From Octopus sinensis (Eukaryota): DNA of 64,000 nt. A model generated the notes under the pieces. The model made no database searches and had not been told where the DNA came from. It saw only the letters and a program-made list of their open reading frames with translations. Position numbers and translations under genes: made by a program. The stretch lies in the NCBI RefSeq assembly GCF_006345805.1, contig NC_043008.1, positions 25,296,001 through 25,360,000 of the forward strand, written 5' to 3'. Of the stretch, positions 48,290-60,189 are shown in pieces (position 1 is the stretch's first letter; each line of letters opens with the position of its first letter).

Positions 48290-50155
48290 TCACTGGTCTT
48301 GCCGGGTCTTCTCACGCACAGCATACTTCCATAGGTCTCGGTCTCTGGTCATTTCCTTGGTGAGACCTAGAGTTCGAAGGTCGTGCTTCACCACCTCGAC
48401 CCAGGTTTTCCTGGGTCTACCTCTTCCACAGGTCCCCTCAACTGCCAGGGTGTGGCACTTTTTCACACACCTATCTTCATCCATTCTCACCACATGACCA
48501 TACCAGCGCAATCGTCTCTCTTGCACACAACATCTGATTCCTCTTAGGTCCAACTTTTCTCTCAAGGTACTTACACTCTGTCGACTATGAACACTGACAT
48601 TACACATCCAATGGAGCATACTGGCTTCATTTCTCGCGAGCTTACGCATGTCCTCAGCAGTCACGGCCCATGTTTCACTGCCATGTAGCATGGCTGTTCG
48701 TACACATGCATCATACAGTCTGCCTTTTACTCTGAGCGAGAGGCCTTTAGTCACCAACAGAGGTAAGAGCTCCCTAAACTTTGCCCAGGCTATTCTTACT
48801 CTAGCCGTTACACTTTCAGCACACCCACCCCCACTACTGACTTGGTCACCAAGATAACGGAAGCTATCAACTACTTCTAGTTTTTCCCCCTGGAAAGTGA
48901 CGGAAGTTGTTTTCTGCAGATTTTCAGAGGTTAATGCTCCCGAGCATCTGCCACATACAAAAACAATCTTCCTAGTTAGCCTTCCTATGACATTGCTGCA
49001 CCTCTTATGTGTCCATAGCTTACACTTGGTGCATCTTATAGAGTTTCTACCTACACCTTTTCTACAGATCGAGCAGGGCCATCTACCTGAAGGCGTTTGT
49101 GATTTGTCTACCTTCCTACTTATTAGTACTTTGGTTTTAGCTAGGTTGACTCTAAGGCCCTTCGATTCTAAACCATGCTTCCACACCTGAAACTTCTTCT
49201 CCAGTTCTGATAATGACTCAGCAATTAGAGCAAGGTCATCAGCATAGAGGAGCTCCCAGTGGCATCCTGTCTTGAATTCCTCCGTTATTGCCTGGAGGAC
49301 TATGATAAATAGGAGGGGGCTGAGGACTGAGCCTTGGTGGACCCCTACCTCTACCCGGAGTTCTTCACTGTACTCATTTCCAACCCTCACCTTACTAGCA
49401 GCGTCCCTGTACATGGCTTGCACAGCTCTCACTAACCATTCATCTATTCCTAGTTTCCTCATTGACCACCATATGAGGGATCGGGGGACCCTGCTGAAGG
49501 CTTTCTCCATGTCAACAAAAGCCAGGTACAGGGCCTTATCTTTGGCTAGGTATTTCTCCTGCAGCTGCCTTACCAGGAATATAGCATCAGTGGTACTTTT
49601 CCCTGGCACGAAACCAAACTGCATCTCATCTAAACTAACTCTCTCTCTAATTAGTTGGCTTATGACCCTCTCTGTAACCTTCATCACCTGATCCAACAGC
49701 TTGATACCTCTGTAATTATTTGTATCTAGGGCATCACCTTTACCTTTGTAGCAGTTTACTATTATGCTGCTACACCAGTCATTGGGTATGACTCCTTCAT
49801 GTATCACCTGATTAACTATACAGGTGACTAGGCTATAGCCGACACTACCAGATATTTTGAGCATCTCTGCAGTGATACCTGATGGGCCTGGGGCTTTCCC
49901 TGTCTTCATGCTTCTAATTGCCTTAGCTACTAAGGAACTATCAACCCTGATAGCTGGTCCCTCTGTTGGGTCAACGTTCGGCAGACTCTCTTTATCCCAT
50001 TCATTTTCTTTATTCAGCAACCTTTCATAGTGGCGTCTCCAAGCCTCTCTCTTTGCATCCTCGTTTAGCGCAAGTGAACCATCTTCCATGCGAACACACT
50101 TCTCTCCCACCACATCACAATTCTCTCTCACACACTGTCTTGCAACGCGAAACAC
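48290..50155 (-). CDS. RTE LINE ORF2 reverse transcriptase portion (621 aa) with PHD-type finger
   Basis: KAPGPSG, NYRGIKLL, QFGF, FVDMEKAF, GVHQGSVLSP and LLYADDL (YADD at 49235-49246); C-X2-C-X10-C-X2-C-X4-H-X2-C-X14-C-X2-C at 48944-49075. Confidence 0.9.
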   Translation of the reverse strand: MFRVARQCVRENCDVVGEKCVRMEDGSLALNEDAKREAWRRHYERLLNKENEWDKESLPNVDPTEGPAIRVDSSLVAKAIRSMKTGKAPGPSGITAEMLKISGSVGYSLVTCIVNQVIHEGVIPNDWCSSIIVNCYKGKGDALDTNNYRGIKLLDQVMKVTERVISQLIRERVSLDEMQFGFVPGKSTTDAIFLVRQLQEKYLAKDKALYLAFVDMEKAFSRVPRSLIWWSMRKLGIDEWLVRAVQAMYRDAASKVRVGNEYSEELRVEVGVHQGSVLSPLLFIIVLQAITEEFKTGCHWELLYADDLALIAESLSELEKKFQVWKHGLESKGLRVNLAKTKVLISRKVDKSQTPSGRWPCSICRKGVGRNSIRCTKCKLWTHKRCSNVIGRLTRKIVFVCGRCSGALTSENLQKTTSVTFQGEKLEVVDSFRYLGDQVSSGGGCAESVTARVRIAWAKFRELLPLLVTKGLSLRVKGRLYDACVRTAMLHGSETWAVTAEDMRKLARNEASMLHWMCNVSVHSRQSVSTLREKLDLRGIRCCVQERRLRWYGHVVRMDEDRCVKKCHTLAVEGTCGRGRPRKTWVEVVKHDLRTLGLTKEMTRDRDLWKYAVREKTRQDQ

Positions 50156-50835
50156 CTCCAGTCTTTGGTCCTCAGGGCGCAGAACATTGGCAATTTTTTC
50201 TTATCTGCTTCCCCTCTGGCTAGATAGACCTGTCTCCTAGCTTCCCTTTTAGCAGTCTGATACAATTCCCTGCTACCACCATTCTTCCAGTGCTTCCAAG
50301 TCTGTTTCTTTTCTCTAATAGCCCTGTCTACGACACTGTTCTACCACCACGTTACCTTGGGACGAGAGGGGACTTTGCACCAGCCACAGATCTGTTCAGT
50401 GGCTCTCAGCAGGTTGTCCCTTAGAAACGTCCAGTTGTCCTCTACCCCATGTGATACACTATCCCCTTCTACTTCGTCAAAGGCTTCAAGTAACATGTCT
50501 CTAAATCTCTGTCCATTCACAGGATCCTTAAGCTTCCAGATCCTTCTTCTCCATGTTGGTCGTCTTCTGGTTGTCCTCCTACTCCTGATCCTAAAGTCAC
50601 TAACTACCAGTCTATGTTGTGGGGTGCATTCTTCGCCTTGGAAGGTTTTGGCATTTATAAGTAACCATCTCTCCCTTTGCCTGGCAAGGATGTAGTCAAT
50701 TTGGCTGGTATGTTGGCCCGATCGGTAGGTGACTAGGTGGCTGGTAGGTTTCCTGAAGTTAGTGTTGCAAATCATAAGATTATTTGCATCGCAGAACTCC
50801 AGCAGCCTGGTTCCCTCCTCGTTGCGGGAACCAGA

Positions 50836-50838
<3 letters not shown>

Positions 50839-50881
<43 letters not shown>
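50839..50881. repeat. (AT)n microsatellite at the RTE 5' junction
   Basis: Direct reading. Confidence 0.95.
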
Positions 50882-50889
<8 letters not shown>

Positions 50890-51079
50890 TACACACACAA
50901 CTATAAGGACACATATGTTCTTACAAATGCTCACAAAACTACATGCATAAAGCTAATGATGTTCCAGTGTGTATATGAGTATGCAAGTGTGTATATGCAT
51001 ATACATTTGCATGTGTAAGCAGACAGATTCATACAAGTATATGCACGAAGAAATACACACACATATATTTATAATATTT

Positions 51080-51215
51080 TATATCATCAATATCATTTAA
51101 TGTCTGCTCTCCATTCTAGTATGGGTTGGACAGTTTAGCAGGAACTGGCCAGCTGTCCAGACTTCATTTTGTCTGGTTTGGCATGGTTTCTATTGCTGGA
51201 TGCCTGGATACTCTG
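51080..51215 (-). mobile_element. RTE 3'-tail fragment, decayed
   Basis: ATCATTTAATGTCTGCTCTCCATTCTAGTATGGGTTGGACAG...GCTGGATGCC. Confidence 0.7.
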
Positions 51216-51239
51216 CCTATATTTCTTATATATATGCAC

Positions 51240-51490
51240 AACAGTGGCTCTGTGGTGAGAAGCTTGCTGTCCAATCACATGGTTCCAGGTTCAGTCTCGC
51301 TGCTTAAAAACAATGGGCAAGTGTCATCTTTATTAGCCTTGGGCTGCAAAGTTTTGGAGTGGATTTGGTAGATGGAAATTGAAAGAAGCCCATCAAATAT
51401 ATGATGTGTGTCTGTATTTGTGTCTTTGTGTTTGTCCTCCACCACCACTTGACAACTGGTGTTGGTTTATTTACCTCCCCGTGGCTTAGC
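51240..51490 (+). mobile_element. tRNA-derived SINE
   Basis: AGTGGCTCTGTGGTGAGAAGC...CACATGGTTCCAGGTTCAGTC...GGGCAAGTGTC. Confidence 0.75.
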
Positions 51491-53187
51491 TTACACTACA
51501 TGCAAAAGTAAACAAGTACATATATGAGAATACAAATGTATAAATATTGACTGACCAACTGACAGAAAGACGGACAGACAGATCTTAAGGTACATTTCTA
51601 CATAAATTATTTAATTCTGTTTCAAAGTAGAACATTAATCAGTTTAACTATCATAAAAATTATTAGTTTTGGTAAATTTGGATGAGATTAAGTGATACGA
51701 TATAATGATCGTTGGTGTACATTGTGAAGATGGCTTTCACCCTTATTGATTTTTACTTGATGTCATGTCACTTTCACCTGCTAAGGCAAATTGATCTCAG
51801 CTAAGTTTATTCCATGTATGGTTTCGCATATATTTAAAGGATATTGATTCTAAAGCTTTTTGAGTTTGAGTCTCAGAGTCATATTTGACACCCAGTTTTT
51901 TCTGTAACTTTGATGATGCACAACAGCCATTAGAAGAAGAATCTAGAATTATGCCTTCATCTCCTCTATTCAAAGGTTTTGTAAAACACAAGTTAATATT
52001 TAAAAAATTTAAATATATCAGAAAATAATTGTTTCTTTTTCTTTTTTTTTTTAAATATCATTACCCTCCACTATGAATGAAAATCATCAATACAATATCA
52101 GCTATGTGATAACTCTTGAACAGAATAGATAAATCCTTATATAGCTAGTGTTTATTGATAACACTGAAATATGATAACATATCAATTCATTCTTAATATG
52201 TTCTAGCAGATTTGATTTCCACTGTATCTTTTTAATGCCAGTGGAGATCACCTCATTCATTGGTGTAAAAGGACTTTGAGACACTGCAGTTTTTCAATCT
52301 TGTTATAACCATAGATAATTCATTTAATGATTCTGTTGATATGTAAAGCCTGAAGGAAAGGCCTGCAATTTTAAAAATCAACTCTACTTATAGATCAACT
52401 TTGCTTTATAGACGGAACATATTATGCCATCTTGTAACTTTTAATATAACTGCACTTCATTTACAAGGAGACCTTTCAAACTTAACTGCTTTTTGCTTTT
52501 TATTAAAGAAAATTGTTAACAATCCTTTAGGACATAGTGGTAAGTGTAGCTTCATTTTATGTATGTTTTATATAGCATCTTTTCTTTTCATATTGATACT
52601 CTTCAATAGTTGCTTGACTTCATGTGTTTCTTAATATATATGCATAGCTAGTAGGCTGGAAAGAAAGTCCTGTCACATTTGAAGATGTGAAGGTAACAAA
52701 TGCTTCATTAGTCTTAATTTATGATATTGTCACAAGGTGTAGTTAAATGATGTCATGAGAGACATAGAATGAAGGAATGGAGATACTGGTGGTTGAGCTG
52801 GGACCTGGCTGTGCATAATGAATGCACAACACTCGTGAACATTTAACAGAATTTTATTTCACTGCATGAATATTTTCCACGTTGGTTATAAATTAAAAAT
52901 GTGACCACAAAGTTTACACACTGAAAAGGATAATTCTGTAGCTCTTACGAATAGTTAAGGCAGTGTAATTAAACTACCAAGACAGGAGAAAATATACACA
53001 CTGGGTTCATGTTAGTGAACTAGAACTGCTGTTTAGGTTGAGTAAAGGTCATGAGATTGACTGCTAAAAGCAGCAAAATGAGAATTGTGGTTAGCTTAGC
53101 TGCAGGCAGCCACAAAATGTACCTATTTATAAGCTTTGTAGAAGGGATGTAGCAGATTCTAGAACAATGCATTATTTGATGTCTTGA

Positions 53188-53640
53188 TCATATGTTTAAG
53201 GTGTTGCAAAGTGTTGTAGTGTCTCTTGCTGCACATCTTGATAGCATGTCTGCTGCTTTGTTTTGACTTCCTGGTCTATAGGAGATTGTGTAATTTATGT
53301 CCAAGAGGTCCAAGTGCCAGCATATAAGTTTTTCCATTTTGATTTTTGATGTCACTTGTTTATTGAAGATCATCGTTACCAAGCATTGCTCAGTGACGAT
53401 GTTGCAGTATGGGGTATCATGTATTTGGTGGTGGTGGCAACATTCTGTGATTGCACAGGATTCTCTCTCGACGATGGATTGGCTTTTTTTTGTTTTTGAA
53501 AAGGACCTTAAATAGAAGGCCATTGGCTATTCTTGTTGTGATAGCATCCCTCCCAAGACTAGGATGGAAGCATGTGCTTCGATGGCAAGTGGTATTCCAG
53601 ATTGTGGAATGGCAATTATGGCATTGAAAGATACGATTAC
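53188..53640 (-). mobile_element. Ty3/Gypsy pol RNase H relic
   Basis: IPLAIEAHASILVLGGMLSQQE*PMAFYLRSFSKTKKSQSIVERESCAI...KIKMEKLICWHLDLLDINYTISYRPGSQNKAADMLSR matches the ETDAS...VAFFSR.L...S..EKE..A...Y.PG..N..AD.LSR pattern. Confidence 0.85.
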
Positions 53641-53709
53641 TGTTTTTACTTCTTTTAGAAGTCCTGCTTTGTTGGTATTCTCTCTGGCTCTTATAAGTGG
53701 AATGGTAGA

Positions 53710-53994
53710 TGTGGAGCACTTAGGTATCCATTTAGAATAAAGTTTGAATAAAATATCATAAACCAGTTCAAAGAAGGCTTTTATTCAAACTTTATTGTGC
53801 TCGCCATCTAATCCGTTCAGCATGGCTGTCCAACGATTAAGCCGCATTGTTTTATATTAGGTAAAGACTGTATCCATCTATCAACATCATTCGAAACTAT
53901 GCCGTATTTTCGTACTCGGTACAAAATAAGATATCTATATTTTTATCTATTATTTACTGTTAAAGAAAGGAATTAGTGACAGGATATTATAACA
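53710..53994 (-). repeat. Candidate LTR (285 bp, TGT...ACA) upstream of the Gypsy relic
   Basis: Minus strand starts TGTTATAATATCC, ends GTGCTCCACA and contains AATAAA; no PBS or second LTR seen. Confidence 0.3.
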
Positions 53995-54026
53995 ATATAT
54001 ATATATAGATAGATAGATTTATATAG

Positions 54027-55945
54027 GATCTTTTTTTTTTGGCTTTCACTTTTCAATTCCTTTAATTTTGTTCCAGCTAATTTCAAATTTGGTGTACTGA
54101 TGTAGTTTTGTGTGCTAATTATAAAAATGAAATTAATTTTTGCCTTCAGTTAACAAAAAGTTGATAGCTTTTAAAGTTTGCACATTTTGGGCAATTTTGG
54201 TCAATCATAAGTCACATTGGTGCCTGTTACCATAGTAACAAGTTAAACTGTTGTCTGCTTAAAGCTATTGTACTTATATTCTGAACTTACATTTTTGAAT
54301 TTACACTACGAATAATGCATTAATTGTTTTTCTCAAATTTGATATACTGATGTAGTTTTTCACACTGAATCTGATTTTGTTATTAACTTGTTCCAGAAAA
54401 ATTTTAGAAAGCTATTCACTAAAAATATGGGTACTCATGAAGAAGTGTGGACCCATGCTAGTCATTAAGAAAGTAAAAATAAAGAATTTTGAAATTGAAA
54501 TAAAATTATATTCATTTTGATATAATTTTATTAATTGTTATTTAAAATGTTTTATTATATTTTGCCATACATTCAGAGTTTTGGTGCTGCATGGAGAAGA
54601 AAGCGTTGAATTATATAACTGCATGGAGAAGAAAGTGTTGAATTATATAACACCAAACTGCTCATCTTGCAATAAGGAAATGAGCCTAATAAAATATAAG
54701 AAAAGAAAGATTTTTCGATGCTCCCCACATAAAACTGAAAATGTCTCTATTAAAAAACAAAATCTTTATTTCTTGAAAATTTTAAGTTGATGCCAAGATT
54801 CTATTCTTCTGACTTATATTCCTGAAAAATCTCCATAAATATCTCATCTGATATGGCAGGTCTTTCAGGAACAACAGTTATACAGTGGTATCAATACATG
54901 AGCTATAGAAGTCACTTGTATGTAATCCCTACCAAGTTGGAGGAGTTGGGCACATTGTCAAAATAGACGCATCTTTAATGTGCAAAAGCAAGTATGATTG
55001 AGACAGGATGCCAGATGAGAGGTGGGTTTTTGAAGAATGGGATGGAGAAGACAAAATAGGATTTTTAGTATTTGTGAACTTTGCTTCCCCTTACCAGACT
55101 ATCCATTCTGATTGTTGGAGCAGATACAATGGAATTACTGAAATTGATGTTGAACCACAGTATTCCCATTTTAAATCACAGAGAAAACTTTGTGGATCCG
55201 GTAACTAAAGTGCATACCAACTCAGTTGAATATTGCTGGGAAAATGCAAAATGCAGATTCAAGAGAATGATGGGAGTACAAACAAATATGATTGAATCCC
55301 ATCTTGATGGAGTTTCTTTGGAGGAAAAAATATAGGAAAACCGGGAATTAATGTTTTCAGAATATTCTAAAACATCTTTTGGAATGGTTTAACCAAAATA
55401 TGTTACTAATTGATTAACTCCAGGTCATCCAATGGTCGGACTGATCCTAAATGCCAACCCTAAATCCTAATTCTAATGATAAACCTCAATCCTACACCCT
55501 ACCTCTAACCTTAGTGTATCTCAGACTTTTGTTTTTGAAATTCCACTATTAATTGTTTAAATGAACTGAACATACATTTTTTCTTTTTCATGTAAAGAAG
55601 AATAAATTCTTTGAGGATTTTTCTTTTTTATATTGTCTGTTCCAACGTTTCAGTTGACTTTATTCAATTCATTAAAACTTATTAAAGCTTTAAAGCTTCT
55701 TTCAACTTTTGTTGTTGTATTCATTTTGTTTAATAAAAATTATCCCACTGAAAACGTCAGTTACCAAATCTTATTTTCTGATTGGGTAAAAATAACCAAA
55801 CTTTAAACCTTTTTGATTTTTCTAAATTTTTCTGGTTCAAGAGAATAACAATAGATTCTGGTTGAAAAGTTACATCAATATATCAACTTCGAAAATTTTC
55901 ACTTAATTTCAAAATTTCAAAAGTGAAAGGCAAACAGAAAAAATC
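54027..55945 (+). mobile_element. Merlin (IS1016/ISXO2-like DDE) DNA transposon relic flanked by diverged inverted repeats
   Basis: GGVGHIVQIDAS...KY, RWVF, TIHSDCW, NHRENFVDPVTKVHTNSVEYCW motifs at 54920-55335; 54339-54410 mirrors 55818-55886 and 54031-54054 mirrors 55919-55943. Confidence 0.85.
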
Positions 55946-58125
55946 TGTTTTTTTTCATATGCTTTCTTAAAGCATTCCCTTCTCCCATATAATTTACCTA
56001 TTGCTGCATTTCCCTCCGCTTACTATATATTGTCATTACCAGAAGCCATTATATCCGTTTATCAAAGAATTAAGACGATCCTTGAAGGAGTGATACATTG
56101 TCTCTCAGCTGGAGCTAAAGAATTACAACAGTCAAAACATTAGGTGTTTTTGTATTTAATCAATGATTACGAAGCAAAACTAGAAAAGAAAAAAAAGAAA
56201 AAATTTGTATGTTTGCTTTAGTGCAAAGCAGATATACAAAAGCAGAAATCTGTTTCAAGTTATACAAATGATGTGAAAAATATCTTCCCAGATTTTGATT
56301 AAAATAAAACATTTCGATATCAGTAGTTGATATCACTGGTTGTAATAGTATTACAAAACACATTGATCATTATAATGAGAGTGAATACTTTCAAATACTT
56401 ATGTGTAGAATGAAGAATCTTTTTTTCATACACTTCAGTCAATATCGTGCTAAATCTATTTTAAGATTATATGATAGAATAGGAAGGGATTTAAAAGTTG
56501 AATGTAGCTGCTTGTTGTCTTTCTGATATTTAACTTGTAAATAAATTGTTCTTTACTGATTTATATAAATACATAGTAGCTGAAATTTTATTCTTCATGT
56601 TGCCTTTTGGGCTTGCCTTTTAGAGCTTCTTTTGTTATTTTAACTGACTTCTACACTGGACTTGTTGTTGTTGCATGCTTTGTGCTGTTGCCATTTTATG
56701 CCTTGTATTATTGATGTTGCAAATTTATGTTATGTTATTGATTTTACTGTCTTTTCATACCTCTTTTTGACGCTATTTTCTATTATTGTTGTCATTTTTT
56801 TAAATACTTCGTTGTGCTTATTTAGCATTATATTCTGTTCATTTGTTTTTAGTATTATACAGATGTTTAGTCAAACTTTGTTTACTGATTAATACAAACA
56901 TTTAATACTATTGATTATGCTGAATACATTTCTCCCTTTTTAAAATGCCGTCGTTGGCTGCAATTCTAAAATATACAGCTAATTTCAAAAAGCAATGAAT
57001 ATTTTATGCACAATGATTTTTATTGGAAATATTTTAAGTTGATGTTAAAACAAGAGATTTATGTATAGGATTTAAAGAAAATATAAGATAATTTAAATTC
57101 ACTTCTATTGTAGATATCTACATTGTAGGAAATGCAGGGTTTAAAATATTAAGTCAGAAAATGAGATGCTTTGATAACTTTTGATCTTAAATTCCTACTT
57201 CATGCATTCTATTTTATTGAAGAGGATGCTTTGCAGGTATGAATTAACCTGTTGAATAAGAAACAGGGAGAACATTATCTTCCACAAAATTTATTAATAA
57301 GTCTACAAATTTTATAATGTATAATTTGTTATACGCTTGTTATATGTGTGCATCAAGAAATAATAATACTGTCAAGGTATGAGAAGTAGGGCCGGATTTA
57401 TAGGGGGGTCAAAGAGGGCAATTACCCCGGACATTCACTGCAATGAAGGGTATGTAGCATTCAATACAGGAGGTCCTCACCTCTCAGCAATCTTGCATGC
57501 AGAGGCTCTCTTTCAATAAAGAAACATATCTTAAAAAATGTAATGGATCCTCTTTTTTGATACACAACCATAATTTTAACTACATTTGTGACATCAATTC
57601 ATTCAATTAAAATACACATTGCTACCTATTTCCAAAGTAGCCACAATTTCCATGAGAATTAATTGCAGTTCCTTTTGGGACATGGACAGGAAACAACAAA
57701 ACACTCCAAAAAATGTATGTGTGCATGTGTTTGTGTGTGTAAGAGAGAAAGAGAGAGAGTGAGAGAGAAAGAGAGAGAGAATGTGAGAGTGTATGTATGG
57801 ATGTATATAACGATAAAGAGATTGATAGTTATTTTTTGTCTCTAATTAAGATTCCTTCTTTCAATGCATAACTGTGCACAGTGACCTTAGATTGACTACT
57901 GGTTATTAAATACACGCACACATATGTTAAACTGGTCTTATTTTAAGAAAGAGCAAGTAAATAATATATTCCAAAATTTTGACTTTAGTTTTCATTATAA
58001 AATTACATCTCTCAACAACTCAAAGCATTTTGTTTTCAACTTTAGAATTATTGCTTTTATGCTCACATGTTTTCATTAAACTGAATCTTTTTCTCTCTTT
58101 CTGTTTCTAGTATTTTTCGTCCCCG

Positions 58126-58700
58126 CAGGAGAGTGGGGTAAAATTGGTAACTGGGGCAAAATGACTAATTACCAATTTCTTGTTATTTTTTCACTACCTG
58201 TTTGAAACCAATACATTGCAAGTATTACTTCATCATTTTGTACTCTTGCACCATCTTTGGGAGTAAACATTGCCCACCATAGTTTTTCAGTTGAGACAGT
58301 TTGAAACAGTCAGGTAACGTACTACATTTCAAGAAATTTCTCCTCATCTTTGACCAATGGCAATTGAGGTTACTAACAAAATATCTAGATAATTTTTGGT
58401 GTTTAACTATCCAAATTCTTTTCTTTGTTGAATTCCAAGTCAATTTTCTCCTCCACACTAATGTCTAATTTGATCATTTTCAATTTTTAAAAACTGATAT
58501 CAAATCCAGGGCAAAATGAGAAATGACTAATTCCAATAATCTGTTCTCTTTAACTGCATCGAGCATAAAATGTATCGGGAAGAGAGCCATGCGAAATTCA
58601 GCATTAATTACCCCATATAATATATCATAGCTTTTTCTGGTTTTTGGAATTTTCAGAAAATTTTTGCGAATTTGTATTCTACACATGAAAAAAATAAAGG
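58126..58700 (-). mobile_element. pogo-like element 3' end (GGGGCAAAATG subterminal motifs)
   Basis: GGAGAGTGGGGTAAAATTGGTAACTGGGGCAAAATGACTAA terminus, GGGCAAAATGA repeated at ~58509; coding remnants are too decayed to be decisive. Confidence 0.4.
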
Positions 58701-59377
58701 TTTTTGTGACTGATTTAAGGGCTATTTAGCTGTTAATTTTTGTACCTGATACCCTCCTTGTTTCTTTGTCCCTCTGTCGTACTGATGCTCTTCAACATCT
58801 TTCTCCCTATAAACATATTTAATCGTCTATTGATGGGATTTAAGTCAAAATTTAAGACTCTACAAAAAATAGATTTTTTTAATTAAAAAGATTTTCATAG
58901 TTGTATGAATCCTCATGTGTTTGGAAAATTCCAAAAACTAAAATGTTATGAGGGTTTATATGAGATGCTTAAACCAGAATTCTGCAGAGAGCAACTCCAG
59001 CAGTTCGTGAAGAAGCTATAGAGTATTTTATGCTGAGTGTTTTGCTTTAGTCAAGTTTTGTTAATTTCATATTATGCCATTTTTTTCTGGATTCCCTTTC
59101 ATTTGACCTAGATATCGATGTATATGACTTTTTTTCAAATGTATTTCTGGAAAACTGAAGAGGCAAATTTACCTTATCTTTTCTTATTCATTCTGACCCA
59201 TCTAAATTTGTCTTTTATATGCTTAAAGAGAACAGAAGTAATTTTCTGAAATAGTGTTCTGAATGTTATAGTGTTTTTAATACACTTAGAGAAGCTCATT
59301 TGCTTAGCTTGTGTAGTATTTCTTAGATAGTGAAGACCAATAAAAATACTTTTTTTTTTTCTGAAAGCCAAAAATGT

Positions 59378-60148
59378 ATTATTTATTATTATGGCAACAA
59401 AGTCTACCTGCCACATTTCTCAGTCTATAATCACTGCCTTGAGGTCCTGGATATATTCAGGGCTAATGTCTGCAATCAAGTTGTCAATGTTTTCCTCTGC
59501 TTAAAACACCATGAAGTGGGTTCCACAAGACTAACTTGGATGTTCCCAGCTTAGGGTGGAACATGCAGTGATCAGATAGTTGTAGCCATCTTTGTGTGAC
59601 CTTCTTGCTAACCTTCAGCAGGTCTCCATAAAGGCAATTCCTTTGTAATTTGTTGCTGCCATTACACATTTAGAGCCATTTGTAGCATTCTTGTGTAGCA
59701 TCCATTTGATAATTTCTTTGTCAATGTCTATATTTCATTACCATATTAATAGCACTGATTCAACAGTTGCAATGAACAGCTTCGTTTTGATTTGCCTGAG
59801 ACTTTTTTAGTTTGTGACAGGCTGTCCATGCTTGAGTCTTCCTGATCTTGATATCTGTTTCAAACAGCTCACCCAACTACACAAGCACTTGAAATCTGCA
59901 GCAACATTCAATTTGAAACTACTCAGAGCAAGCAATTCAGTATCACTGGATTGGTTGAAAAATCATGTATTCTGTTTTCTTGATGTGTGTGTGCAATCCT
60001 CTCTGCAGCTTATACTCCTACACTGCTGAATAGCTGTTGAGCCTGATCTATCTGTGAAGTCCAGGTCTGTGATGGTTATTGCTGGCACTCTCCATGATCA
60101 TTGCTGGTGTGTGATGAAACCAAGGTCTTCATCACTGTTATCTGTTGG
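59378..60148 (-). mobile_element. RTE-like LINE 3' segment (RT motif 5 to (TAA)n tail)
   Basis: DLDFTD, IKIRKTQAWTAC, KLFIATVESVLLYG, GCYTRMLQMALNV, LVLWNPLHG...RG read across frameshifts; ATAATAATAAATAAT tail at 59378-59392. Confidence 0.8.
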
Positions 60149-60189
60149 ATTACAAACAAATTACAAACAAATTACAAACAAATATGGTG

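Larger units (their letters stand above)
47651..50840 (-). mobile_element. Young, 5'-truncated RTE-clade LINE
   Basis: APE C-terminal part (50341-50840: TNFRK...QIDYIL...QHRLVV), one TGG>TAG stop (50341-50343), one frameshift (~50195), intact RT ORF, 3' UTR minisatellite, (GAT)n tail; (TA)n on both flanks. Confidence 0.95.

Noticed and set aside
54581-55335. Bacterial IS1016/IS1595 insertion or contamination
   Set aside because: The sequence is decayed, AT-rich and embedded among eukaryotic repeats; the Merlin superfamily explains the similarity.
58100-58200. Strong-looking splice acceptor (TTTTTCGTCCCCGCAG) at 58128
   Set aside because: What follows is the terminal repeat of a pogo-like element, and the frames stop quickly.
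59174-59416. 80-aa ORF as a separate gene or L1 C-terminus
   Set aside because: It starts in the last codons of the RTE-like relic, reads through its TAA tail into AT-rich flank, and has no recognisable motif.
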